From Octopus sinensis (Eukaryota): DNA of 64,000 nucleotides. The notes below the pieces were generated by a model that worked only from the letters and a program-made list of their open reading frames with translations, was not told the DNA's origin and made no database searches. A program made the position numbers and the translations under genes. Below are positions 12,979 through 22,824 of the stretch, in pieces (position 1 is the stretch's first letter; every line of letters begins with the position of its first letter). Location of the stretch: assembly GCF_006345805.1 (NCBI RefSeq), contig NW_021833239.1, forward strand, positions 1-64,000, written 5' to 3'.

Positions 12979-13643
12979 AGGTCTTATAATAATGGGGCAC
13001 ATATAAGTGATCTACTATTATACACTTTCCTTAATATCTGAGCTTGTTCCAGTTCTATTTACTTGCGTTCAAAATGTGTCCCATCATTATGAGACACCCA
13101 CCCTGTATTTCATATCAATGAGCTGTTTGTGTATTTTATTCATGCATTTGTGGTGCAGAAATGCAGCTGAAAACGGACGATCAAAATATTTGATCGCCAA
13201 GTTCAATTTATATTTCATCCTTTGGTATTAATACACATAAATATTATTTCCTTATTTTATTTGGTAGAATATGATTAAGTGAAGACTAAGCTACTTTTCT
13301 AATAAGGTCGCGTAACCACATAGAGCCTGCTCCGTTGTAGTTTGAGGCAGTTATTTCTAAAATCATTTTTACTGTATCTAAATATATATAGTAAACTTTA
13401 AAATGTTTCTCTGCTAAATAACTTCAATGTCTATAGATATTTGACCCAAACAAATACTTAGATATTATCTTATTCTGATATCAATTTCTCACATTGCACG
13501 GAATATAATGCAGATATGATAATGCAGATTACGTGGTTGAAGATAACGAACTTACGAGTTTAAAGATGATGAATGTTGAAATAAAAGAATATCACATCTC
13601 TATGTTTTTAAATACGTATTTTCCTTTTATCATTTCATTTCAG

Positions 13644-13842
13644 ATTCTCGGTGTTCTTTCGTTCATTTCAATGTTAATTGTAGCATATGCCTCAGATAAA
13701 ACCCAAAGATCAAGTTATCAAGATATTATGTTTGATTTCTATGGAGAGAAAGGTCGTGCGTTGTCATCTGTAATTATCTTTCTTAGTTTATATTTTTACT
13801 GCACCAGTTTAATGGTATTGATTGGTGACCAAATAGAAGAAT
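13644..13842 (+). CDS. SLC38A7: SLC38A7-like copy P, exon 3
   Basis: tttcag| acceptor, |gtaagt donor, 199 nt. ILGVLSFISMLIVAYASDKTQRSSYQDIMFDFYG...LIGDQIEE matches SLC38A7 [20 protein letters not shown]...IIGDQ. Confidence 0.92.
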
Positions 13843-13868
13843 GTAAGTAAAAATTATAGTTTACATCG

Positions 13869-13992
13869 GCGAGTTGGCTGACTTATTTGCGTGTTGGACA
13901 AAATGCATAGCGACATTTCTTCCCTTCCTTGACGTCCTGAGTTCAAATTGCGTAGAGGTCGATTTTGCCTTTCATCCTTTCAGGTCGATAAT
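13869..13992 (+). mobile_element. Degenerate Meta-type SINE fragment
   Basis: gagttcaaatt...gaggtcgattttgcctttcatcctttc core, same family as 3027-3256. Confidence 0.7.
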
Positions 13993-14047
13993 GTCATGTT
14001 TAACCAACTTACCTTTCTTTAAAGACTTTCCTTTTGTTTTGTTTCAG

Positions 14048-14186
14048 TTACCATTTTCATCAACCATAACTTTTACTGCAATCATCATGTATGGTATGCA
14101 CAAAGAGAGTTTACAACAGTAATTATTACGATAATCATCTTACCATTTTGTTTTCAAAAATTTATTAACTATCTGAAATATATCAG
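14048..14186 (+). CDS. SLC38A7: SLC38A7-like copy P, exon 4
   Basis: gtttcag| acceptor, AG|gttagt donor, 139 nt, phases 1/2. ...VWYAQREFTTVIITIIILPFCFQKFINYLKYI matches SLC38A7 WYTDRKF...ILPLSIPREIGFQKYA. Confidence 0.9.
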
Positions 14187-14699
14187 GTTAGTTGTACAAT
14201 ATATTCTCATTTCATATCTATTTCTTAGATAAAGATCATTGTTGTTGATTTATGACAAGAAAAAAAACGACTGAAATTTTGAAATTAAACAATTTTTTTC
14301 ATTAAACTTTATCATTTGGCACGTTCACAAACGAGTTCCATATATCTGTGGCCGTGCTTAATTTATCTGCTATAAAACGCAAGAAGTCAATAATAACTAT
14401 AACTTAACCCCTCATTCTGCGATATAAAACAAATTGCATTGAAGCCTGCAATGTCTGTAACAAACATTTCGCACTGCTATTCTGAAAATAGAAATCGAAT
14501 TTTGGTGGTTGTTAAGATTAATAATGTTTATTATATGTATGTATGCATGCATGTATGTATGTATGTATGTATGTATGTATGTATGTATGTATGTATGTAT
14601 GTATGTATGTATGTATGCATTCAGATGAATATGGTACTTAAGTCAAGGTACCAGAATTTAGTACGGTATTATCCAATTATCCATACAATTTCAAAGTAA

Positions 14700-15345
14700 T
14701 GTGATTAAAATTAAAATAAGCAACAAAGATATCCAGATGTAATGCAGTACGATCGTTTCATGTAACTCCATTTAATTGAACAATGCAATCATTACATCAA
14801 TTTCAAATGTAGAGCAATCTTCTGCTGCACAAAGACATGGAATTTAATTAAATTAGAACGGATGGACACATTAGTATAATTATATCTAAAATCTACAAGA
14901 AATTAAGGACAAAGAACATTTTTTATGACTATAACAACTAGAATGTATGTCTTTTCCCTCAGCCCTACCCCTAACAGATACTGTTCTCTGTTTTCTCAGC
15001 CTTATATATACAAGGGATTTGATAAACTAATCTATAAATTAAAAATGACCTCATAAAGACAAAAATCAGTTGCAGGCAGAGACTTCTTGATAATTTTAGT
15101 AACTTCTATGCTGAAGTAGATACATGTTCTTTGTCTATCTTTTTAACATCTTGAAGATTTTAGGTATACTTATACTAATGTGTTCATCTGTTCTAATTTA
15201 ATTAAATTCTATGTCTTTGTGCAGCAGAAGATTGCTCTACATTTTAAATTTATGTAATGATTGTATTGTTCAATTAAATGGAGTTGCATGAAACGATCGT
15301 ACTGCATTACCTTGTTGCTTATTTTGATTATATTTGATTATATAC
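14700..15345. mobile_element. Foldback/MITE-like element with long imperfect terminal inverted repeats
   Basis: 14739-about 14920 is the reverse complement of about 15130-15310 (gtaatgcagtacgatcgtttcatg...). The orthologous right arm recurs inverted at about 61860-62190 in copy B. Confidence 0.75.
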
Positions 15346-15355
15346 ATACATATAT

Positions 15356-15960
15356 ATATTAGAAATATTAAAATTACTAAGTGTCTCTAAAGGAGATTAC
15401 GGCAGCGTTACTGGAAATTAATAGTTATCGCCATACTAATATGGCAGTCTTATAAATATAAGACTAAAGCTGTCGCTGATTAGCTCCAAGAGGCCACCGC
15501 CTCAAGCTAGCTATTTGACACACGAACCTGCGTCCATTACAAACCTTCGAACAAGGGAGGTCAGCCGCTTCATCCTACCAGTCAGACAGCTACAGACATG
15601 TTTCAGGGTTGTTGCCCCTTATCAATGCAGCGTAGTCAGAATTGCAGGTGTCGCTACTGATCGTCCCAATTCGAAGGCTTTATTTACCTAGTTTCAGTGG
15701 AATACATCCACTTGTTTTCAATATTAGAAATATTAAAATTACTAAGTCTCTCTAAAGGAGATTACGGTTTCATATTCTGCAGGTCTATAAACAGATTCGG
15801 CAGATGGCGGAGAGGTCAGTCATAGAGACAAAAGAATCTTCGCGTATTTGGGTCAGCAGAGGTCAAATGTGTTTACCACTACCAGTGGCCGTTCAGAGCG
15901 CTGCCTTGAAAAGAAGAAATTCAACGGATCTTTTTGTAATTACTAGTTGAAGAAACAAAA
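15356..15960 (-). mobile_element. Penelope-like element 3' end with tandem pseudo-LTR overlap
   Basis: A 47-bp direct repeat (atattagaaatattaaaattactaag...ggagattacgg) at 15356 and 15721 gives a unit of about 365 bp containing a minimal hammerhead motif. Confidence 0.6.
15589..15631 (-). ncRNA. Minimal type I hammerhead ribozyme motif, U3-A8 core variant
   Basis: Minus strand GCTGCA-TTGATAA-GGGG caacaa CCCT-GAAA-CATG-TC-TGTAGC: 6-bp stem I, 4-bp stem II (closing pair G.U), palindromic stem III, GUC cleavage triplet. Confidence 0.75.
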
Positions 15961-15990
15961 ACAATAATAATATATATACACACACACACG

Positions 15991-16042
<52 letters not shown>

Positions 16043-16088
16043 TACATACACACACACACATATATATATATATACATACATACATACA

Positions 16089-16120
<32 letters not shown>

Positions 16121-16125
16121 CATAC

Positions 16126-16192
<67 letters not shown>

Positions 16193-16194
16193 AA

Positions 16195-16612
16195 ATAGTA
16201 AAAAGTGAAAAGAACTACAGAAGGCTTGTTTTAAAAGGTTAAAAAAATATATATTTGAGTCAATATGTCTGAAGAATGTTATAAATTTTTTTCATACAAT
16301 GACATAGTTTAGAAGAAATGACCGGTTTCGCGTTCAGCTTTTCAAATTTCTTAAATCGTTATGTTTACGTTGAGCGGAGATTTAGATAAGGGGAGGTAAT
16401 AAGTGATTTCTTCCGGTGCAAGGGAGATAATCGCTTAAAATTATTTGCCTTTCTTTTGGACTGAGTTTCTCTGTATAAGTATGTTGGAATGGTTAAGTTT
16501 GGGCTTGTATTTTTCAATGAAGAATGTTTCCTTGTTTAGTCTAATTTGTGTTGGTGTTCCGATAGCACATTGGTAGAATGGAAAGATTAAAAATTGTGGT
16601 AGTAGTTGCTTT
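16195..16612 (-). mobile_element. Penelope-like element 3' end (GIY-YIG C-terminus plus 3' region)
   Basis: The minus strand translates to ...QFLIFPFYQCAIGTPTQIRLNKETFFIEKYKPKLN, the typical PLE endonuclease terminus, followed by a hammerhead motif. Confidence 0.8.
16315..16350 (-). ncRNA. Minimal type I hammerhead ribozyme motif, U3-A8 core variant
   Basis: Minus strand GAAAT-TTGAAAA-GC tgaac GC-GAAA-CCGG-TC-ATTTC: perfect 5-bp stem I, 2-bp stem II, palindromic stem III ACCGGT, GUC triplet. Confidence 0.75.
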
Positions 16613-16629
16613 GCGCACCAACTTTCTCA

Positions 16630-16668
<39 letters not shown>

Positions 16669-16869
16669 TGATATTCACGTCGTTGAATTTTTGAATTTCT
16701 GAATTCAATAGTGTTGTTGCAATAAAAGGCGTGTTTATGTATTTGGGTATTATATTAAAGTTTTAAAGTTTTCTTGCGATGTTCGTTTGTCTGTCCAGTT
16801 GGCGAATACAGTAGCACTTTTTCAATGAAAAGGATGTTTACATTTTCGAATACTAAGGGAGAGTCAAAA

Positions 16870-19150
16870 AGACATGAAAACTACATAGTTATTCATAGTT
16901 TTAGCAATAAGCATTCACCCATTGTGGCCTAGAGAACATTACTGCTCTCATTGTTACCCTTCCTACAGAAGAAAAAAAAAATTAAAAAATAAGATATAAA
17001 CATATGGCTAAAGTCAAAAACAAAACAGACGGATAACTTCAGTTTCAGGTAAGACAAAAAGATGTCCTCGGAAACATTAACATGAAACTCTATCGAGAAG
17101 AAAAGCACGCGCGCGCACAAATGTACACTTCGTATACAGTGAAACACGCTCACATATACATACATATAGGTGTGCATACAAACATGCATATGTGTGTCTG
17201 TCTGTGTGTATATGCATAGGTGTGCATGCATGTGTGTATGTATGTGTGTGTGTATGTATGTGTGTGTGTATGTATGTGTGTGTGTGTGTGTATTCATGGG
17301 ACTGCTCGATCAGTATTAACCAAGAAGTTAAACAACTATCATAGCTTGTATATGTATATTATATGGGGTATTGTCACATTATGGCTATTGAGTAACTCAT
17401 AGTCTACGTTAGGTAATCATAGCTTACTAGTCCTATGTTCATCGGAATACTCGACATCAGAATAGCAAGACTACATGAAGGTACATCAACGAGATGAGGT
17501 CGCGTGACTTGCTTGCAAAAACAGCCTATATTTTTTCCGATCATACATTACAGTTTTTAAAAAGAGAAACAGCATATTGTATAATATTGTTGTGGTTCAA
17601 CTTAAGGACAGAGCTGGCGACCTACTTTGCTTGGCTTGGAGACTGAAAGTCTACAATGCAAAGTTATAGTCCTTTGTTTTAGAAAGGGTAATGAGCTTTT
17701 AGGGGACATTTGGGATTTGTGCCAGTCAGGGAAAGTTCGTTGTAAACACCCCTTAAAAGGGAGGAAGTCTGAGCTGTAAAGGCAGTCGGCATTTGGGATT
17801 CAGGGCAAGCAGTTAGCAGTTTGGATTTAGCAGTGGCTGTTCTGCTGGTGACAGTGTACTGAGAGATGACAGGAAGACAGTCATGAGAGAGTGAACAGTT
17901 GGGATTGTACAGCGAGTTAGTAATGGTTTGTTCTGCTGTGACAGAGAGAGATATACAGAGGATTAGGCAGCTAATAGAGATAGACTACAATGTGAGGCAT
18001 TGGCTGATGTAACGGTATGTGTTAATTGTATGTTTTGATATGTGAAGAAAAAGAAAGAAAAAGAATCGATGTATTGAAATGTAAAAGAAATGAACATTGT
18101 TTATGTTGTTGATGGTTATAAAGAAAAGGCTAAAGAGAACTGTGTAAAGACATTGTGTACAGAGTTGTTGAAAAGAATTTAATGAACATTGAACGTATAT
18201 GTGTTAATTGTCCTCTGAACTGTAACGTTAATGTGATTTGAAACAGAACTGTTGTCTCCGGACTGTATATTGCATCAATCTGAACCGTTATTGTACCCGA
18301 ATGCTGTGATCTGTTGTATACCTGTATTGATTTGTTGTTTTCTTTAAATGCTGTTGTTATATTGCTTTGATGTGTTGTTTCTTGCATGTATTTCGTCTTT
18401 GATGTACCTGATATGTATCTAAATGTATTTGATGCTGTAACAATTATAAAGTGTTATAAACTAGTAGGTTAAATGTAAGCCGATTGCCTTCCGCTGTATT
18501 TCTTTGTGCCTCTGTGTCTCTTCCTGCTGTTGTTGTTGTTGTTGTTGTTGTCTCTCTCCTCTCTGTGTTCCGTGGCGAACTCTTTCCGATCGATCGGGCC
18601 TGGTCAATCGTCGTCGCTCGACTTGTCGGGATCCCGGGTTCGATTTCGAGCGACGGCAGGTGGGATTCCGTAGCAACTTTCGGGGGTCCCGTAACAATAT
18701 GATAGTAATTCTTTTTTTTTAATCTGATTCAGTTTTTTAATTGCGATCATATCTGGGTGATGTGAGGGTTATCATAGCTGTCATGTACTAAACAAACTAC
18801 AATGACAACAGCAACACTGTAGACAACTGCAACAAAAGCATCAACTATAATTTTGTAGCTTATGAGTCATACTTCCACATTCGTACCCACCGAATTTGTT
18901 TGTTTTATAACTTCCAGAAAAATAGATATTTTTCAATGAAATGTGCTACAAATACGCTTCAGAAGACGTAGATTATATTAGAACTTGTGCTCAAGATATA
19001 GTTCTAAGGTTGGAGTAGGAGTTTCGGAAACTTCTCCCGAGTCGATCTGTTTCCTCATAACCTTCGGAAAAATGAATATTTTTAAAGAAAATCTTCTGCA
19101 AATGCCTAAAGTTAATATGAAAAAGAAAATTTCTTTCCAAATTTCCAGTT
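16870..19150 (+). repeat. Segmental duplication block X, direct copy of about 55770-57240
   Basis: Colinear, highly similar sequence in the same orientation, apart from a solo LTR here and a Helitron in the other copy. Confidence 0.9.
17588..18696. mobile_element. Solo LTR (1109 bp)
   Basis: TGTTG...TAACA ends with a 4-bp TSD ATAT (17584-17587, 18697-18700). The empty site tgtataatat|gatagtaatt is present in the paralog at about 56421-56440. Confidence 0.85.
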
Positions 19151-19475
19151 ATGAGGTTTGTCATTATGTCAATATGAAGTTTGTTATTATGTACGTGTAT
19201 GAGGCCACCAATTTTGTATTTCATATTAAATTCCTATAAAACCGCAATCTAAACACTCTGAAAGGCATTTGAATAGAATTTCATTAAGAAGTACCTATTT
19301 TTCTAAAAGTTATGAGGAAAAACAGTGGACTTGTGTGAATTTTCCGAGATTCCTCTTCCAACCTACGAAAATGTTTTTTTTTTTTACAATAAATTCTGAT
19401 ATAATCGAAATCTACATCATCTGAAGCGTATTTGTTGAAGATTTCATACAAAAACATATTTTTCTGGAAGTTATG
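18905..19475. mobile_element. MITE-like element with imperfect terminal inverted repeats of about 90 bp
   Basis: taacttccagaaaaat...caaatacgcttcaga (about 18908-18990) is reverse-complementary to tctgaagcgtatttg...atttttctggaagtta (about 19390-19473). Confidence 0.55.
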
Positions 19476-19558
19476 AGGCAACAAAGTCGGCGGGAAGCAC
19501 ATGTGGAGGTATGCTGCTTATGGTTAGTATATTATGGATTTTTATTCATTTATTCTTA

Positions 19559-19750
19559 TACTCGTTTCAGTCATTTTGACTGTGGGCAAGCTGAAGCACC
19601 GCCTTTAGTCGAACAAATCGTCCCCAGAACTTACTTTTTGTAAGCCTAGTACTTATTCTATCGGTTTCATTTGCCGAACCGCTAGGTTACGGGGACGTAA
19701 ACATACTGACATCGGTGGTCAAGTGATGGTGGTGGACAAACACAGACACA
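19559..19750 (-). mobile_element. CORE-type SINE, 3' portion
   Basis: Matches the 3' half of the SINE at 63028-63448 in reverse. Confidence 0.75.
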
Positions 19751-19879
19751 TAAATATATACATACATATATATAAATATATAATATATATATAATATTAT
19801 ATATATATATAAATAAGGATAATATCGATATTATCAAGTGGCCAGCATGGGAATAAATACCATACAAAGGTAATAATTT

Positions 19880-20154
19880 TTTTACAACTATAAATAAGAC
19901 ACAACTTATTTATAGTTGTAAAAAATTATGTATATACTAAGTTTTTGTTTAAATTGATAGAGTTCCCTTCATCATATACGCAGTCATCACATTCTGTGAA
20001 AATGTCTTATTGATGTGTTGGGTTTCTTTCATTCCCTGATGAGAAGATTGCATTGTTTTACATAGTTTTATTCCTTCTGGAATAATACCAATGTTTACTT
20101 CGAAATATATGTCAGAAGTAAAAATATTTGAATAACAACTTTGTTTAACTCCAT

Positions 20155-20160
<6 letters not shown>
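19880..20160 (+). mobile_element. Short hammerhead-bearing repeat (non-autonomous PLE/retrozyme-like), ending at a (TATC)n tract
   Basis: Second copy inverted at about 53250-53488. Hammerhead at 20032-20117. A 20-bp perfect hairpin at the 5' end (about 19880-19925). Confidence 0.7.
20032..20117 (+). ncRNA. Type I hammerhead motif with long stem II loop (slightly decayed)
   Basis: ttcc-CTGATGA-GAAG...CTTC-GAAA-TATATG-TC-AGAA. One mismatch in stem I and a wobble in stem III compared with the 53285-53370 copy. Confidence 0.65.
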
Positions 20161-20204
<44 letters not shown>

Positions 20205-20420
20205 GTCTATCTATCTATCTATCTCTCTATCTATCTATCTATCTATCTATCTATATATATATATATATATGTCTGTCTGTCTGTCTGTCTGACTGCCTGT
20301 CTATCTATCTATCTAGCTAGCTATATATATATATATATATATATATAAATTCAGAGTGAATACTTGATAAATGTAAGCACCTGTATATGCCAGCTAGTAG
20401 CATAGGTGAGAGGATATATG

Positions 20421-20777
20421 TATCAAATGAAATAAAATGAAAAACAGGACACAAAGGATGTCGCGGTACATATGTTCCGAGCTTTATAGAACAACTTATT
20501 CTTACATCAATGCGTAATCGACATAACAGATAGTTCAAAAGCCCTCTTCAGCCGCATGCAATTGCTACACCAAAGAATTGTATCACAAACCTTTCTCAAA
20601 CCCTTCATAATGTGATACAAGTCTTTGGTGTAGCAATTGCATGCGGCTGAAGAGGGTTTTTGAACTATCTGTTATGTCGATTACGCATTGATGTAAGAAT
20701 AAGTTGTTCTATAAAGCTCGAAACATGTGTACCGCGACATCCTTTGTGTCCTGTTTTTCATTTTATTTCATTTGATA
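20421..20777. repeat. Foldback: 167-bp inverted arms, 23-nt loop, each arm carrying a hammerhead motif
   Basis: 20421-20587 against 20611-20777, 4 mismatches by manual comparison. Confidence 0.92.
20643..20735 (+). ncRNA. Type I hammerhead motif, canonical core, long stem II loop (right foldback arm)
   Basis: GCGG-CTGAAGA-GGGTTTT...AAAGCTC-GAAA-CATGTG-TA-CCGC. The mirror copy on the minus strand at 20463-20555 has GGAA in place of GAAA. Confidence 0.75.
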
Positions 20778-20939
20778 TATACTCTTTTACTCTTTTACTT
20801 GTTTCAGATATATATATATATATTATATATATATATATTTATAATAAGATTAGCTCGTATACGAGTGGGTATATATTTGTAAAAATTGAAGTTTGAAAAT
20901 GCTGCTATATTAGACAAATTTTAATTTTTATATATACAT

Positions 20940-22520
20940 TATTTATTTAACATGTTTCGGTTCTTGAAATGACGAACCTTATCAAAAAAAATTATATATA
21001 AAAAAGATAGTTCATGCTATCAAATATAAAAAATTTCATACATAATATTCAATAGAGTCAAACATAAAAAATTCATATATAGTAAAGCGAGTCCATGCTA
21101 TATGTTTAAAGAGTATGATGTAGTAGTTCATAGTGGTGATATGCATTCAATAGAGTCAAATATAAAAGATTCATGTTCTTGAAAAAGCGAGGAATTCATT
21201 TTAGATTTTACCTTGTGTTCCAATGGGAGCAACTGTAATGATTTTTGGTTGGTGTCTGTTCGTATAGTTTTGGTGAATTTGGTTTATATCAGCTCAGCTT
21301 AGCTGTCTCACTTGCATTTTTCACTGACGTCATATAGTTCCCAACCAATCAAAACTCAGTCTCAACGAATATATCCTGTTAGGAAACCAACCAAGCAGAA
21401 CGACAGTTTGGCCACGGAAGAAATACGTCATCCTTGTTTTTGACGGATTGAAATTAGATCTGATCCATGACTGTATCCTGTTAGGTGGCTAGTCAAGCGG
21501 AAAGAGACGTCATCAATGTTTTGACCAATCATCCCGTTAGGTGGCTAGTCCAGCAGAACGAGACGTCATCAATGTTTTGACCAATCAGAATCGGGTCTGA
21601 CCTATAGCTGTATTAGATCTGACCCATGACTGTATCCTGTTAGGTGGCTAGTCCAGCAGAACGAGACGTCATCAATGTTTTAACCAATCAGAATCGGGTC
21701 TGACCCTTAGCTGTATCGTGTGTGGAAACCGACCAAGCAGGGTGACAATAGCTTGCCCACTGAGGTAATACGTCATCAGTTTCTTGACGAATCAGGATTA
21801 GATCTGCTCGTAGAGATCTTTTTATAATTTTTTTCCCTTTCCCTAAGACATATCTCTGTAAGTGTGAGTGACTGTTTAAGGCAGCGGCCGTGGTAGAATT
21901 TCGCTTCTCCTTTTCGGAGGACCAATGTTTTGTTTTAATATTCCTGGCCCAGGGTGTTCAAACTTGGTCTAAATTTTTTGATGAAATACAGTTCTTTATT
22001 TTGGCGTTGCGTGAAGGTTACGCTGTCACTGAATTTATAAAGCGGGTAAGTTGTAAATTTCGGATTTACATTTCCAGCACATCTATCTATGTGTCCGCTG
22101 ACCGGTATTTTCCGATATTCAGGGTTTCTAATTTGTGATTTATGCACCGCCATCCTGTTACGTAAGCTATTTTTTGTATGGCCTATATACTGCCTATTGC
22201 AGCCTGCGCATGCTAAGACGTAAATTAAGTTTTCTGATGCGCAGGTGAAGTTTGCTCTAATGGTGAACTGATGGCCTTGTTCTAGTATAAATTCTGAACC
22301 TTCTATCAAGATGACACAGATTCCGCAGTTGGGCCTTCCACATTTTCTAACTGCTGGTTTTGTGGTTGATGTTGAGTGCAGTTTAGCTTGGGTTAAAATC
22401 CTTTTCAAGGATTTTGGTTGCCGTTTACTTTTAATGATGGTGTGTGTTTCGAGGATCCGGTTCATCTTTGGGTCTCCCTTTAGTAGGGCTGTGCTTTGTA
22501 GTATGGTGCTGAAGGCCTCA
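20940..22520 (-). mobile_element. Penelope-like retroelement 3' part (GIY-YIG endonuclease, ORF 21935-22465, plus 3' pLTR region)
   Basis: KCGRPNCGIC...NLIYVLACAGCNRQYIGHT...RMAVH...KELYFIKKFRPSLN is the PLE C-C-H-H/GIY-YIG domain. Tandem repeats and a hammerhead lie downstream. Confidence 0.88.
20943..20990 (-). ncRNA. Minimal type I hammerhead motif, U3-A8 core, weak stem I
   Basis: Minus strand tttttt-TTGATAA-GGTTC gtcatttcaa GAACC-GAAA-CATG-TT-aaataa: perfect 5-bp stem II, palindromic stem III, GUU triplet. Confidence 0.6.
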
Positions 22521-22524
22521 TTGT

Positions 22525-22564
<40 letters not shown>

Positions 22565-22565
<1 letters not shown>

Positions 22566-22685
22566 CTTCTTTCAGTTTCTCACAAGATTTTGGTCGGCCT
22601 GAGGCTATACTAGAAGACACTTGCCCGAGGTGCCATTCAGTGTGACTGAAACCGGAACCATGTGATTGGGAAGCAAGCTTCTTAC
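22565..22685 (-). mobile_element. CORE-type SINE, 5' portion
   Basis: Reverse of accacatggttccgg(t)ttcagtc...ggcacctcgggcaagtgtcttctagtatagcctc. Confidence 0.75.
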
Positions 22686-22747
22686 TTACGACTGTATTAT
22701 ATATTAAATGAATATATTAAATAAACAAATAATATTTACTATTGCAG

Positions 22748-22818
22748 GCACAAGTGAGTTCTGTTCCAATCTACTACAGTATGAAGCATCGAAATTTGCG
22801 GTCATATTCCAAGGTCCT
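22748..22818 (+). pseudogene. SLC38A7: SLC38A7-like copy P, truncated exon 7 fused to a LINE fragment
   Basis: ttgcag|GCA CAA GTG AGT TCT GTT CCA... nearly identical to the first 71 nt of the exon at 52754-52492, then an abrupt switch to RT sequence. Confidence 0.9.
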
Positions 22819-22824
22819 TGACAA

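Noticed and set aside
15893-17402. MYVC/YIYI/THTH-type ORFs here and at many other sites
   Set aside because: Microsatellite translations.
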